52,981 bases of DNA from a virus (lineage: Duplodnaviria; Caudoviricetes). Position numbers and translations under genes: made by a program. A model generated the notes under the pieces. It ran no database searches. It was not told the origin of the DNA and was given only the letters and a program-made list of their open reading frames with translations. Every line of letters begins with the position of its first letter. The first letter of the stretch is position 1. This document shows, one piece after another, positions 1 to 8,807 of the stretch. Location of the stretch: positions 1 through 52,981 of the IMG/VR virus record IMGVR_UViG_3300018080_000230; one strand, written 5' to 3'.

Positions 1-156
1 ACCGTCTTTGTTAAGACCGTGATTCTGGTCTCCCAGGTTATACCGATTATGAAAACAAACCATCACACCAAGATTGTCCCATGCCTCTCTTGGATTCTCA
101 GCGCATTCGTCCTGAGATATTTTGATTTCGTACCCCTTGTATTTTTCGCTCTCCAT
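1..156 (-). CDS. conserved phage hypothetical protein, runs off the window edge
   Basis: Not in the ORF track. Manual translation MESEKYKGYEIKISQDECAENPREAWDNLGVMVCFHNRYNLGD..., with an AAGGAG RBS. The NPRE-WDNLG-MVCFH-RY-LGD motif is one I recall from phage/plasmid hypothetical proteins. Confidence 0.8.
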   Translation of the reverse strand, partial: MESEKYKGYEIKISQDECAENPREAWDNLGVMVCFHNRYNLGDQNHGLNKDG

Positions 157-214
157 GATATTCTCCTTTTTATGTTATTGGGGATCGGTTCTGCATCCGA
201 TCCCCGGTTATTAT

Positions 215-517
215 TTACGCCATTGCTGCTTGCTTCTCCTCTGACCTTAAGTATTCAACCGCCATGAAGATCATCTCCTCAAGCTTCTTTGAATCCTTAA
301 CGTCTTTGATATGGTAATGTACCACCGGCATCCCCAGGCTTATCCCGGAGCATTCATCTTTCACATAATCTTCCAGGTCGGGATAATAAACATGCCAGTG
401 TTTTTGACCGCCGAAATCACAAAGACCGATACGGCCATTCACGTCAATCATGAACATTCCGAAAGCCACCCGCCAGGCAGCTACCAGGCTCATCAATTCT
501 TTGAACTGCTTTTCCAT
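215..517 (-). CDS. hypothetical protein
   Basis: 100-aa ORF with AAGGAG RBS, in a co-oriented run of small genes. Confidence 0.75.
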   Translation of the reverse strand: MEKQFKELMSLVAAWRVAFGMFMIDVNGRIGLCDFGGQKHWHVYYPDLEDYVKDECSGISLGMPVVHYHIKDVKDSKKLEEMIFMAVEYLRSEEKQAAMA

Positions 518-602
518 GATACTCTCCTTTACTTTTTTTTGTTTTTCTTTTCCTTTTCCATTTCCTTTTTCATATCCTTTTTCCAGGCAAATTCTTGTAA
601 AG

Positions 603-821
603 TCATTTCTTACTCCCTTCTACGTTGATCATGTAGACATTGCAGACCGCCCCGTTGTACTGTCCAAGGCCGTCATATTTCTTTTCCTGATTCGGAAGCG
701 TCCAGCAAATCGCTTTGCGTCCTTCCGCTCTTAACTCTTTCGCCCTCTTATTCCTGGCCCTCAATGCTGCTTTGTCCGATTCGTAACCATCCCACAATCT
801 TGAGAATGATTCCTGACACAT
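603..821 (-). CDS. hypothetical protein
   Basis: 72-aa ORF; AAGGAG RBS at the end of the 20-bp repeated leader. Confidence 0.7.
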   Translation of the reverse strand: MCQESFSRLWDGYESDKAALRARNKRAKELRAEGRKAICWTLPNQEKKYDGLGQYNGAVCNVYMINVEGSKK

Positions 822-829
822 GGCCGACT

Positions 830-1086
830 CCTTTATTAAGGTTATAGGTTTATTTTAGAAACCTCTTTTTCAAAATCGCCCTCCAATCCTTTTTCACAAT
901 CATGCATTTCTTGTCCGTTTGAATTTCAATAATGATACCGTGACAGTGATTTGACATACTTCCAAACGATAGACTCTCACGATGCTTTTTTAAATTCGCT
1001 TTCTCGATGCGCTTGAGCGCACTGTCAAATTGACCGTAACTTATTATCTCGTTTTCCATGACCACCCCTTTATTAAGGTTATAGGT
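830..1086 (-). repeat. exact 20-bp direct repeat ACCTATAACCTTAATAAAGG (830-849 and 1067-1086), each copy running into an RBS
   Basis: Plus strand cctttattaaggttataggt occurs at both positions, directly upstream of consecutive genes. Confidence 0.9.
850..1059 (-). CDS. hypothetical protein
   Basis: Track ORF 850..1065; the ATG at 1059 (MENEIISY) is better spaced from the G-rich RBS. Confidence 0.7.
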   Translation of the reverse strand: MENEIISYGQFDSALKRIEKANLKKHRESLSFGSMSNHCHGIIIEIQTDKKCMIVKKDWRAILKKRFLK

Positions 1087-1089
1087 ATT

Positions 1090-1495
1090 TCGTTTAAAGA
1101 CTCTTGTTCAACCTGGGCTTGTCAATCCCAAGGATACCTATTGGGAAGGAAATCAAAAACGCTACCACATTCTTGATCCCCTTCCCGGTATCGGAACTTT
1201 CCCTCATCCATTCCCTGCTAAGACTTAGGCTTCTACCCCATCATCGTCTTGGCCTTTCGGCTCTTACAGCTTTCACTCCGGCCCTATACAGTAGTATAGG
1301 CCAGGGCTGGAATCCGTACTGATTCCCAGGCGGTTGGTTTCCCGCCCGGCAACCGAAGGTGGTTGCTCAACCTCACGACTCTGTTCTTATTCGGCCCCTT
1401 GGGGGGGCCCGCCTCTAACGGCTTCGTCGTGACTCATCTTTGAAAGAACGCCCGAAGGTCAAACTTGATTGAAACAGCTTCAATCATCGACCTCC
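1090..1495 (-). ncRNA. large structured non-coding RNA or 5' leader (~400 nt)
   Basis: No credible long ORF; about ten hairpins. The 20-bp helix at 1143-1186 has five G-U pairs that form only on the minus strand. GAAA tetraloop; boxA-like GTTCTTTCAAA at ~1439-1449. Confidence 0.7.
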
Positions 1496-1600
1496 TATAT
1501 ATAATATACTATATGTGTCAACCCGGCCTGGTGAGGAAAAATTGGTGAGGAAAATTGAACAATTTTAAACACTTGACACGATTCATCTAAGTTATTATAT
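1496..1600. promoter_or_regulatory. divergent promoter region with tandem repeat TGGTGAGGAAAA(A)T x2 (1529-1555)
   Basis: Minus strand: TTGACA (1516-1521) followed by TATTATA. Plus strand: TTGACA (1574-1579) followed by TATTATA (1593-1599). Both spacings are shorter than the canonical 17 bp. Confidence 0.55.
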
Positions 1601-1609
1601 ACAGAAAAT

Positions 1610-2251
1610 ATGGAGCTTCTCAAAACCTGCTCAAGATGCAAGCTTACCAGACCGGTTTCTGAATTTACCAAGAACCGTTCTAAAAAGGATGGTCTTTCTT
1701 GTGAGTGCCGGTCATGTAAAGCAGAGTCTCAGGCAAGATATCTAAACTCTGATAAGGGCCGTAAAGCCGTCCAGAGGGCCGTTAAGAAGTACCAGGCGAC
1801 CGGTGGGGGCAAAGAGGCTTTTAATAAGGCTACGGCCAAATACTGTGCGTCTGAGCATGGAAAACGGAAGCGATCTGAATACTATTCCTTACCAGAAGTC
1901 AAAGACATGAGAAGGGACAAAGGACGGGATTATTATAAAAAACGCAAAAAAGAGCATCCCGAAAAATATCGTGCTTATTGTAAATTGAAATATGCTCTTG
2001 AAAGCGGTAAAATCAAAAAGCCGGACAAGTGCGAGGATTGTCCGGCTACTAAGAACATCCAGGCCCACCATGAAGATTACAGTAAGCCCTACAATGTAAA
2101 CTGGTTGTGTCCGAAATGCCACCGCAGACGAGACCGGGAGCGTAGGGTCAGGCTGGCTCTTTCTTCGGGCTCGGCTTCCCATCCAGGTCAGGAAGACCGC
2201 CCGGGAAAGCCCTCTCTATCAGAACCAGGCGATCCTGCAAACCTTTCGTAA
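1610..2251 (+). CDS. Zn-finger/HNH endonuclease-like protein (putative homing endonuclease)
   Basis: N-terminal CSRC...CRSC; C-terminal CEDC...AHHEDYSKPYNVNWLCPKCH HNH-like motif; the only credible plus-strand gene. Confidence 0.8.
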   Translation: MELLKTCSRCKLTRPVSEFTKNRSKKDGLSCECRSCKAESQARYLNSDKGRKAVQRAVKKYQATGGGKEAFNKATAKYCASEHGKRKRSEYYSLPEVKDMRRDKGRDYYKKRKKEHPEKYRAYCKLKYALESGKIKKPDKCEDCPATKNIQAHHEDYSKPYNVNWLCPKCHRRRDRERRVRLALSSGSASHPGQEDRPGKPSLSEPGDPANLS

Positions 2252-2438
2252 CCTGTAAAATTGTCTGAGCAAGCTGATTCTTCTTTTTGCGAATATCCCG
2301 CAGACCTTCTTCTGCCTGGTACTCGGCCAGCATTAAATCCTTGTACTGGTTTTCCAGGTCTGCCAGCTTGACCTCAACCATGCCATCCTGTTTTTTAGTG
2401 TCCGTCACGTTCCGCTCCTTTTTTAATAGGTTATGCAA
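2148..2438 (-). CDS. small coiled-coil protein (possible tail fibre chaperone)
   Basis: Last gene of the tail operon; heptad-like pattern. Start may be the GTG after AGGAG at ~2408. Confidence 0.6.
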   Translation of the reverse strand: MHNLLKKERNVTDTKKQDGMVEVKLADLENQYKDLMLAEYQAEEGLRDIRKKKNQLAQTILQVTKGLQDRLVLIERAFPGGLPDLDGKPSPKKEPA

Positions 2439-4743
2439 ATTTTATGTATATACCATAAATGTCAATCGACTGATCTCCCCCAATATTATTTCCCTCTATC
2501 TCAATCCAGTGAGTCTGTCCTTCATAAAACGGATTCGACCCCGCCGGAGTCGCAACCGACTTGAGTTTATATACAAGATGATCTCCATCAACAAAGGTAA
2601 GGTCTGAATTTAAAAGCAACTGCTCACTGCTTGCTTCTGCCGAATCTATTGCACCCAAACAATAAGAATTTAATCTTATGGTCATACTTGCAGAACCCGA
2701 CCCTTTGTTAATCACGGAAATAATATAAATCGTATAAGCACCAGCACCCGCTCCCGCACCGGGGGGCATGTTAAATGAAAACATGCATTTTGTTCCAGTA
2801 GATGCATTGTTCCAAAAAATAAAGGTATATCCAGAAGCTTTCCATAATTTCGGAGTAGACCCACTATCAATAGGATCGCCATTACTATCAAGTATTACTC
2901 CGCTTATAGGAATATGAATTGTTCCGGCATGAACATGAAGCGGATCGGCATTGCTTCCATTAATAAGTTTTTCTGCCTGTGCGCCGGTCACACTTGTCTG
3001 CCCCGCACCCGTACCGTCTGAACCTCCTAAACGCAGAGACCCTCCATCATGGACTTCCAGCCGTCCACCGGCCTGGAAAATTGTTCTTACCCCACTACTG
3101 GCAAAGTTATTGACCCCGCCGGTCAACCAATTCATGACCCCGTTTATTTCTGGATAGGATAGCAGAAGATTATTTATTCTCCCATTCGTTCCTTCCCATA
3201 TACCTTCAATCGTTCCCAGGTCATTATAAGAATTAAGGATACCCCGGATATTAAGATAATTGCTGGCATCAACATATATCTCACCACCGGAAAGAATTTT
3301 GATTATACTTCCCGCTCCGGTCACGGTCACAATACCGCCATTAAATACCAGGAAAGAGCCATCGGTAACAAAGCTGTCTGCTGCCACGCTGCACTCAAAC
3401 AAAAAGGAGTTTGTACCGTAGGAATACTTCATAAACATTTTCTTGGGCTTTGTATCCCCGGCCCACCATCTTACAGTATTTGCCCCGCTTGCTTTTCCCG
3501 GAAACCAGCGATCAAAACCATTTTCATAAGACCACCATCCGGCATCCATGACGACCATGCCTTCACGGTAATTCCATTCAAATCGTTTGAGACCTTCTGT
3601 TCCAAACCGGCGTTCATCCCATATACCCTTTGTACCGGCACTGGCATCATCGGCTGGTAAAACACATAGCGGACTCCCGCCGTTCCAATCCCATTCAAAT
3701 TTTCCAAGAGGTATTTTGTCCGCAGGAAAATTATAAAGACCCTGGCTGGCGGTCTCTTCCAATAACCCAAACGCACCCGCACTGTCCAGATATACAAAAT
3801 ACGTTTTGCCATCATCACCAGACCCCAGGACTGAACTGGCATCGAAAGAAAGCGTACCCGGTTCTGGAATTTCATCACCGTCAATTATAATGACAGTACC
3901 GGACTTGTACGATGCAAAATTAATCAAGGTATCCGTGACGGCATCAATGGTAGGCTTCAAGGAGTTATTAACATTCTGTGATGCGTCTCCCCAATCCTCA
4001 TCTATGCGATCCGCAAAAGGGGCAATGATGTTATTGATATGGCCCTGGCGACGGTGCGCTGTCCATACATCTTGAGAAGCTGACGTTATAACAGAAGTAA
4101 TCGTTTTTGGTGTAAAGGATTCAAAAGTAATATTTCCCGAACCATCTTTTGTTATCTTTGCCAAAAAAAGATCATTCTGGTTTGACCCAACACTTCCATC
4201 ACTTCCTTTTGCGTTTGCATCCGCTCCTGTTCCACCAAAATCAGTAGGGGCATCCGTACCGGCCCTCAAAAAATAGTTTTCATAAATCTTGACGTTCTCC
4301 GGCGTATAGTCCGCTATGGCTGCACCCATATATTCTGAATGTTCTTTATATGCCAGCGATAAATAAAATGTACCCGTACCCAAAAGAATGTCGCCGGTCG
4401 TTGGATGAAGACTCCATTTATTTTCCGTAGTATATACGGCCCGGTGGCCCTGCCAGGATTCCGGGATGTTCGGTACAATAATTCTATTAATGTCCCTGGT
4501 AATGCCGTATCCCTTAGATATGGCTATGGCATGTGCTTCCGGGGATGTCACGGCCAGGGAGCTTGCCCCGCCGATCTTAACGCCCCAATTAATAGAGGGA
4601 TCAAGAAAAGATTCAATCACAAATTTAATCTGATCGCTTATTGCATTTTGGCCATGCAGTATAACTCCGGCTTCCTCGACTTCACCCTCAAACGCACCAC
4701 GTCTTTTCCGGGCAGTGCTTAATTGCTGATTATTCAGATTCAT
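2431..4743 (-). CDS. tail fibre / baseplate-attached receptor-binding protein
   Basis: 770 aa, Gly/Ser/Thr-rich beta repeats, NADPLHVH trimer-type motif before a C-terminal beta domain; distal position in the baseplate cluster. Confidence 0.65.
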   Translation of the reverse strand: MNLNNQQLSTARKRRGAFEGEVEEAGVILHGQNAISDQIKFVIESFLDPSINWGVKIGGASSLAVTSPEAHAIAISKGYGITRDINRIIVPNIPESWQGHRAVYTTENKWSLHPTTGDILLGTGTFYLSLAYKEHSEYMGAAIADYTPENVKIYENYFLRAGTDAPTDFGGTGADANAKGSDGSVGSNQNDLFLAKITKDGSGNITFESFTPKTITSVITSASQDVWTAHRRQGHINNIIAPFADRIDEDWGDASQNVNNSLKPTIDAVTDTLINFASYKSGTVIIIDGDEIPEPGTLSFDASSVLGSGDDGKTYFVYLDSAGAFGLLEETASQGLYNFPADKIPLGKFEWDWNGGSPLCVLPADDASAGTKGIWDERRFGTEGLKRFEWNYREGMVVMDAGWWSYENGFDRWFPGKASGANTVRWWAGDTKPKKMFMKYSYGTNSFLFECSVAADSFVTDGSFLVFNGGIVTVTGAGSIIKILSGGEIYVDASNYLNIRGILNSYNDLGTIEGIWEGTNGRINNLLLSYPEINGVMNWLTGGVNNFASSGVRTIFQAGGRLEVHDGGSLRLGGSDGTGAGQTSVTGAQAEKLINGSNADPLHVHAGTIHIPISGVILDSNGDPIDSGSTPKLWKASGYTFIFWNNASTGTKCMFSFNMPPGAGAGAGAYTIYIISVINKGSGSASMTIRLNSYCLGAIDSAEASSEQLLLNSDLTFVDGDHLVYKLKSVATPAGSNPFYEGQTHWIEIEGNNIGGDQSIDIYGIYIKFA

Positions 4744-4754
4744 ACTTCACTCCT

Positions 4755-7238
4755 TTAGCCTGGTACAAAAAAATCATTCAGATATTCGAGAACCTGTTTA
4801 TAAATAAAATTCTCTATAATAATATCCGTGGTATCTTTTACCATGAATTTAATTCTGAATTTATGCCATGCCTCAAGCGTTCCATCCTCGGCCCTCAAAC
4901 TGGAATTGTTTTTGAACTCTCTCCAATCCGCACTTGAAAGATCGCCCTGGCTGTAAGCCTGTTTAACCTCAATCCTAAAATAATTTCCTATTTTGTTACG
5001 CATCCAGTGAACAACATCGAAAATATAATTTTTATCCGTGACAGTAAGCTGAACATCTTCACCGGTTATGGTAATTTGCTGGTTCTCATATCCGGTCTTT
5101 AACCTAAAATAAGTCGTCATGTCTTCTATGCAGCCAGCCGGATCGACCGTAAAATTTGTGAAAGTCAAACCGTTTCCGATCTTGGTTATACCGTATGGAG
5201 AAACATTATATTTCCTGAACCCATCCAGGAAAGTAAGCGTGTGAGACGGAATATAATCTTTCAATATTTCCGTAAGCTCATGGCGTTTTGTTATGTAGGT
5301 GGCCAGGACATAGGACGGCGTAGTATTTAAATAAACAGTGCCAAACACACGGCTATTATTATGCTGCTGAATAAAATATTTTTCTACACCAGACTCAATA
5401 TTAATGGCCTTTGCTATTGCTAAAACTTCTGGATCGGCATCTCCATTATAGGCATTTGTTTGATCCGTCAATGAACTGAAAACGTATAAAATCTGAGACG
5501 TAGGATTATACCACAAGTATACTGTTCCCTCATCAGAATTTTCATCGGTTATCCCATTGAGCGTAATATAAATTATCAGGTCTGATATTCCCCCGACCGG
5601 ATCATTCACTTTCTCATCTTCATCATAAACCATGAGATGTCTTATCCAGGGACTAAGAAGTATGGCCGGTGTTCCATTCTTTATTATATCCAGTGTACCA
5701 CCAGGCGATCCCGCACTAAAATTATCGGCATCTATATAAGAACTGGCTTCTCCGATGGCCAGGTATAACCCGCAGTATTTACCGGTAATAACATCGGTAA
5801 AATCAATCGCATTAATAACAAGCTGGCCGTCCACATAGCCCTTAAGCTCCACACCACCGCCTATTTCAATGGCCTCAAACCTGATATTCCTGGTTTCGTT
5901 GCGGAAAGAATAACTGACCTCGGCCAATATAAACGTATTTGGAGTTATCCTTTTCATTATCCTGAAAACATCAAGGTCTCCGATATAAAAAAGAAAATAC
6001 CTGTTGACATTTGCCATCGTGCCTGTTGCAAGCTGCCTTAAGCTTAGTTGTAGGTATCCTGGGTGAGCGTGATCCGAAAAGGTAAAATCCGCATTGACAG
6101 ATTGATCCAGGGATGAAAGCTGGTTTTTATAAGATGCAAAGCCCCTGGGATCGCTGCATCCGTTTACGCTGGTTTTGTTGGTTAATATTAAAAGCCCCTC
6201 ATCCACAGTGTCGTGTATCCAATCCGATCCCAGGCCCACCCCTGCATCCGCAACACAGTTTGTATCCGACCGGTTAAAGTCATCCGAAAATTCAACCTCA
6301 CTGATTTGACTCAAAGCTCTTTGATATTCGTCCGGGATCGAACCAAGACCTGATTCATAGTCATCTAATTGAACATCGTTTGCGCTATTGGTATGATTAT
6401 ATATTTCAAAACCAGCGTACTCACCGGTCAAGTGTTTGTCTGCCGTAGAATCATCACCGGATATGAGAAGAACATCATCTACATACCCAAGAAGTCTAAC
6501 AGTATTTCCAATATTCATAGCCACAAGCTTAAACACGTGGTCGCCACCACCTATACCCGCACTGAGAAGCTGCTTTACCACATATCCGGTATCATTCACA
6601 TATCTTCTAAGATAGAGAACGTCCGCAGCATTGAAATATTCAAGTCGATAATAATTATCTGGATCGGTATCGGAATCCCCTCTTATCAAAAGCTTTGCAG
6701 AATATCCGTTAGTACCGGTATCCAGCGTAAATTTTGCCTGGACATAATGGGATGGATACGCAGTAAGAGGATTTTTATTCACCGCAGCACCATATTGAAC
6801 AGTCAGGCTATTTTCCCTTACCTTATTGCTTTCAATCTCAAGATTTCCGCCATAAACTGACCAATCTGTTCCAAGCGCACCATCGGCACGATCAAAATTA
6901 TCTGTAACTTCGACCGTTTTCCCGCTCAGTACCTTTGCAAACAAACCGCCGATTGCGTTAATCACCTTTGATTGAATTTTATAAAGATTCCCACACTCCT
7001 CCTCAAGAATCGGAATCGCCCCCTTAATAGTGTGCATACCTACAGAATTAAATCCCCGGATTCTCAAAATTTGATCTACATGGTGATGTCTTTCAAGATC
7101 AAGGTCTTTTGCTTTGTTTGTAAGGTAGGTGTCTTCGGACGTTCCAAGATGAAGCATTCTTTTTAAAGTCTTATACAAATCGTCAATGTAATTGATTGCA
7201 TAAGAAATAGGTACAATAAACCAGTACAGTTTTGTCAT
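4755..7238 (-). CDS. baseplate wedge protein (P2 gpI-like) with two inserted lectin/ConA-like domains
   Basis: N-terminal gpI-like segment and later ELTEILKDYIPSH motif; two ~190-aa internal repeats starting TDNFDRAD and SDDFNRSD. Confidence 0.6.
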   Translation of the reverse strand: MTKLYWFIVPISYAINYIDDLYKTLKRMLHLGTSEDTYLTNKAKDLDLERHHHVDQILRIRGFNSVGMHTIKGAIPILEEECGNLYKIQSKVINAIGGLFAKVLSGKTVEVTDNFDRADGALGTDWSVYGGNLEIESNKVRENSLTVQYGAAVNKNPLTAYPSHYVQAKFTLDTGTNGYSAKLLIRGDSDTDPDNYYRLEYFNAADVLYLRRYVNDTGYVVKQLLSAGIGGGDHVFKLVAMNIGNTVRLLGYVDDVLLISGDDSTADKHLTGEYAGFEIYNHTNSANDVQLDDYESGLGSIPDEYQRALSQISEVEFSDDFNRSDTNCVADAGVGLGSDWIHDTVDEGLLILTNKTSVNGCSDPRGFASYKNQLSSLDQSVNADFTFSDHAHPGYLQLSLRQLATGTMANVNRYFLFYIGDLDVFRIMKRITPNTFILAEVSYSFRNETRNIRFEAIEIGGGVELKGYVDGQLVINAIDFTDVITGKYCGLYLAIGEASSYIDADNFSAGSPGGTLDIIKNGTPAILLSPWIRHLMVYDEDEKVNDPVGGISDLIIYITLNGITDENSDEGTVYLWYNPTSQILYVFSSLTDQTNAYNGDADPEVLAIAKAINIESGVEKYFIQQHNNSRVFGTVYLNTTPSYVLATYITKRHELTEILKDYIPSHTLTFLDGFRKYNVSPYGITKIGNGLTFTNFTVDPAGCIEDMTTYFRLKTGYENQQITITGEDVQLTVTDKNYIFDVVHWMRNKIGNYFRIEVKQAYSQGDLSSADWREFKNNSSLRAEDGTLEAWHKFRIKFMVKDTTDIIIENFIYKQVLEYLNDFFVPG

Positions 7239-7708
7239 AGCATAGCCCTCGGTAGATCAAAATAGCAGAACGCATCCCTGGGATCACCGTTCTTCCACCC
7301 CTTCACCCTTACACCCACCCGGACATTTGCCTCAATAGTTTTATAATTCATGAACGGGGGAAATGAGCTTTTAAGCATATTTCTTACTCTGGTATTGTGC
7401 CAGTTAGAAAGCTTGACAGAGATATTCGCTCCGTTCACGCTCTCATTTTCCGTCACCGTATAACTGACAACATTGTTCCCGCCATCTTTAATAAGGTAAT
7501 TGTTTATGTAAAGCTCAAGGGTTTCCGGGATGATATTTGAAATCTCAATATCCAGCTTTTCAAGAACTTCATCGTATACACAGGAAATGTAGTCTGAGGA
7601 TAAAAATAGTATCGCCCCGCCGTACCCCAGGGAGGCTATTGGAACAGACGCAACATCGGGGGCTTCCCCGTATCCATGCTCGACTATTAATAAGGTGGTG
7701 GTTTCCAT
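7235..7708 (-). CDS. putative virion protein
   Basis: Translationally coupled (TAATG and ATGA overlaps) within the baseplate cluster. Confidence 0.6.
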   Translation of the reverse strand: METTTLLIVEHGYGEAPDVASVPIASLGYGGAILFLSSDYISCVYDEVLEKLDIEISNIIPETLELYINNYLIKDGGNNVVSYTVTENESVNGANISVKLSNWHNTRVRNMLKSSFPPFMNYKTIEANVRVGVRVKGWKNGDPRDAFCYFDLPRAML

Positions 7709-8793
7709 TACGGTGAGTATACCTCTCTCTCAACAATAGCACCGGAATTGAGCAATGTTGTAATAATTAAACCGGCTGGATTCTTGAGATAAAATGTTTT
7801 AAGGAGAGTCCCTTCATAATCATAGAGATATAATTTAAGACGGTTACTGTCACCGGAATCATTTTCCATCTTAAACTTTCCGGCGATACCGGAAGTTATA
7901 AGAGCAAGCGTCTCGGCCACGTTATCTACCCCAAGATAATTCTGAGGCTTTGCTTCCATAATTATATTATCGTTGTTCTTGATAATGCAATTTGCACTGT
8001 CGGCCAATAAATCAAACTTAACAAAATCTCCCGGCCCACTCCACACGTTGTCTTTTACAGTATGGTTAGTAACGCCCTCGGCCACATGCAGAACCGCTTT
8101 TCCAAACTTAACATACCTGGCAACACAGTCCCGAAGACTTACCCAACTATGTTCAGCCATCACGCAATCACAGTCTGGTTCCCCAAAAGAAACATCTCTG
8201 AGACTTAATCCGCTCTGTGCCCGGATTCCAACCTTTGTTGCTGCAATGTTATTAAGACCGATTCCTACTTTATTGAACTCAATAAAGCCTCCCTCGGTCA
8301 ACACACAGTCAACCGTATCTTCGTATGAAACACCGCCAATGCTGCTGTTCACAAGTTTTGAACTTGAGTTAAATTTGAAATAGGCAATGCTCCTATGCGC
8401 CCTGGCCTCAAGTCTGACATTGGCCAAAACAGAGCCTTCTCCAACCTCCACGATCCTGTTTGCGCCGGTCACGCCGGTATTTCCGGTAATTCTGACATGA
8501 GACTGTTTCTGGTCTCCCACACTTCCACCATGTCCGGGATGTCCGATAATCAAAATCCCTTTGGGAAAAGTTACATCTTCCTGGAACTCCTCTGCATCAA
8601 TAACGGGTGGAGGCGTACCCGTTTTAAGGGTCGCCGTCGCTATGTGCAAAATGTCACCGGGACTTAAGCCAGCCGTTATTGCTGCGCCTATCGTGGTATA
8701 GGCATTGGCCCAATCCACGCCCGTACCACCGCCGGTAGCCCCCTTCATAACATAAACATGGCTACCATCAAAATATCTTCCTTCGTATACCAT
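7708..8793 (-). CDS. right-handed beta-helix (pectin-lyase-like) tail-associated protein
   Basis: VYV...GTGVDWANAYTTIGAAITA...GDILHIATA cap motif typical of beta-helix N-termini. Confidence 0.65.
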   Translation of the reverse strand: MVYEGRYFDGSHVYVMKGATGGGTGVDWANAYTTIGAAITAGLSPGDILHIATATLKTGTPPPVIDAEEFQEDVTFPKGILIIGHPGHGGSVGDQKQSHVRITGNTGVTGANRIVEVGEGSVLANVRLEARAHRSIAYFKFNSSSKLVNSSIGGVSYEDTVDCVLTEGGFIEFNKVGIGLNNIAATKVGIRAQSGLSLRDVSFGEPDCDCVMAEHSWVSLRDCVARYVKFGKAVLHVAEGVTNHTVKDNVWSGPGDFVKFDLLADSANCIIKNNDNIIMEAKPQNYLGVDNVAETLALITSGIAGKFKMENDSGDSNRLKLYLYDYEGTLLKTFYLKNPAGLIITTLLNSGAIVEREVYSP

Positions 8794-8807
8794 TGCTCAC
8801 TCCTTTT

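Noticed and set aside
1090-1495. tRNA, tmRNA or group I intron identity for the structured region
   Set aside because: No T-loop GTTCRA cloverleaf, no recognisable P7 core and no interrupted gene. The 17-codon ORF from 1487 has its SD buried in the 5' stem and spaced only 3 nt from the ATG.
2431-8793. Diversity-generating retroelement or invertible tail-fibre cassette
   Set aside because: No reverse transcriptase, recombinase, or near-identical TR/VR or inverted repeat pair was seen by eye.
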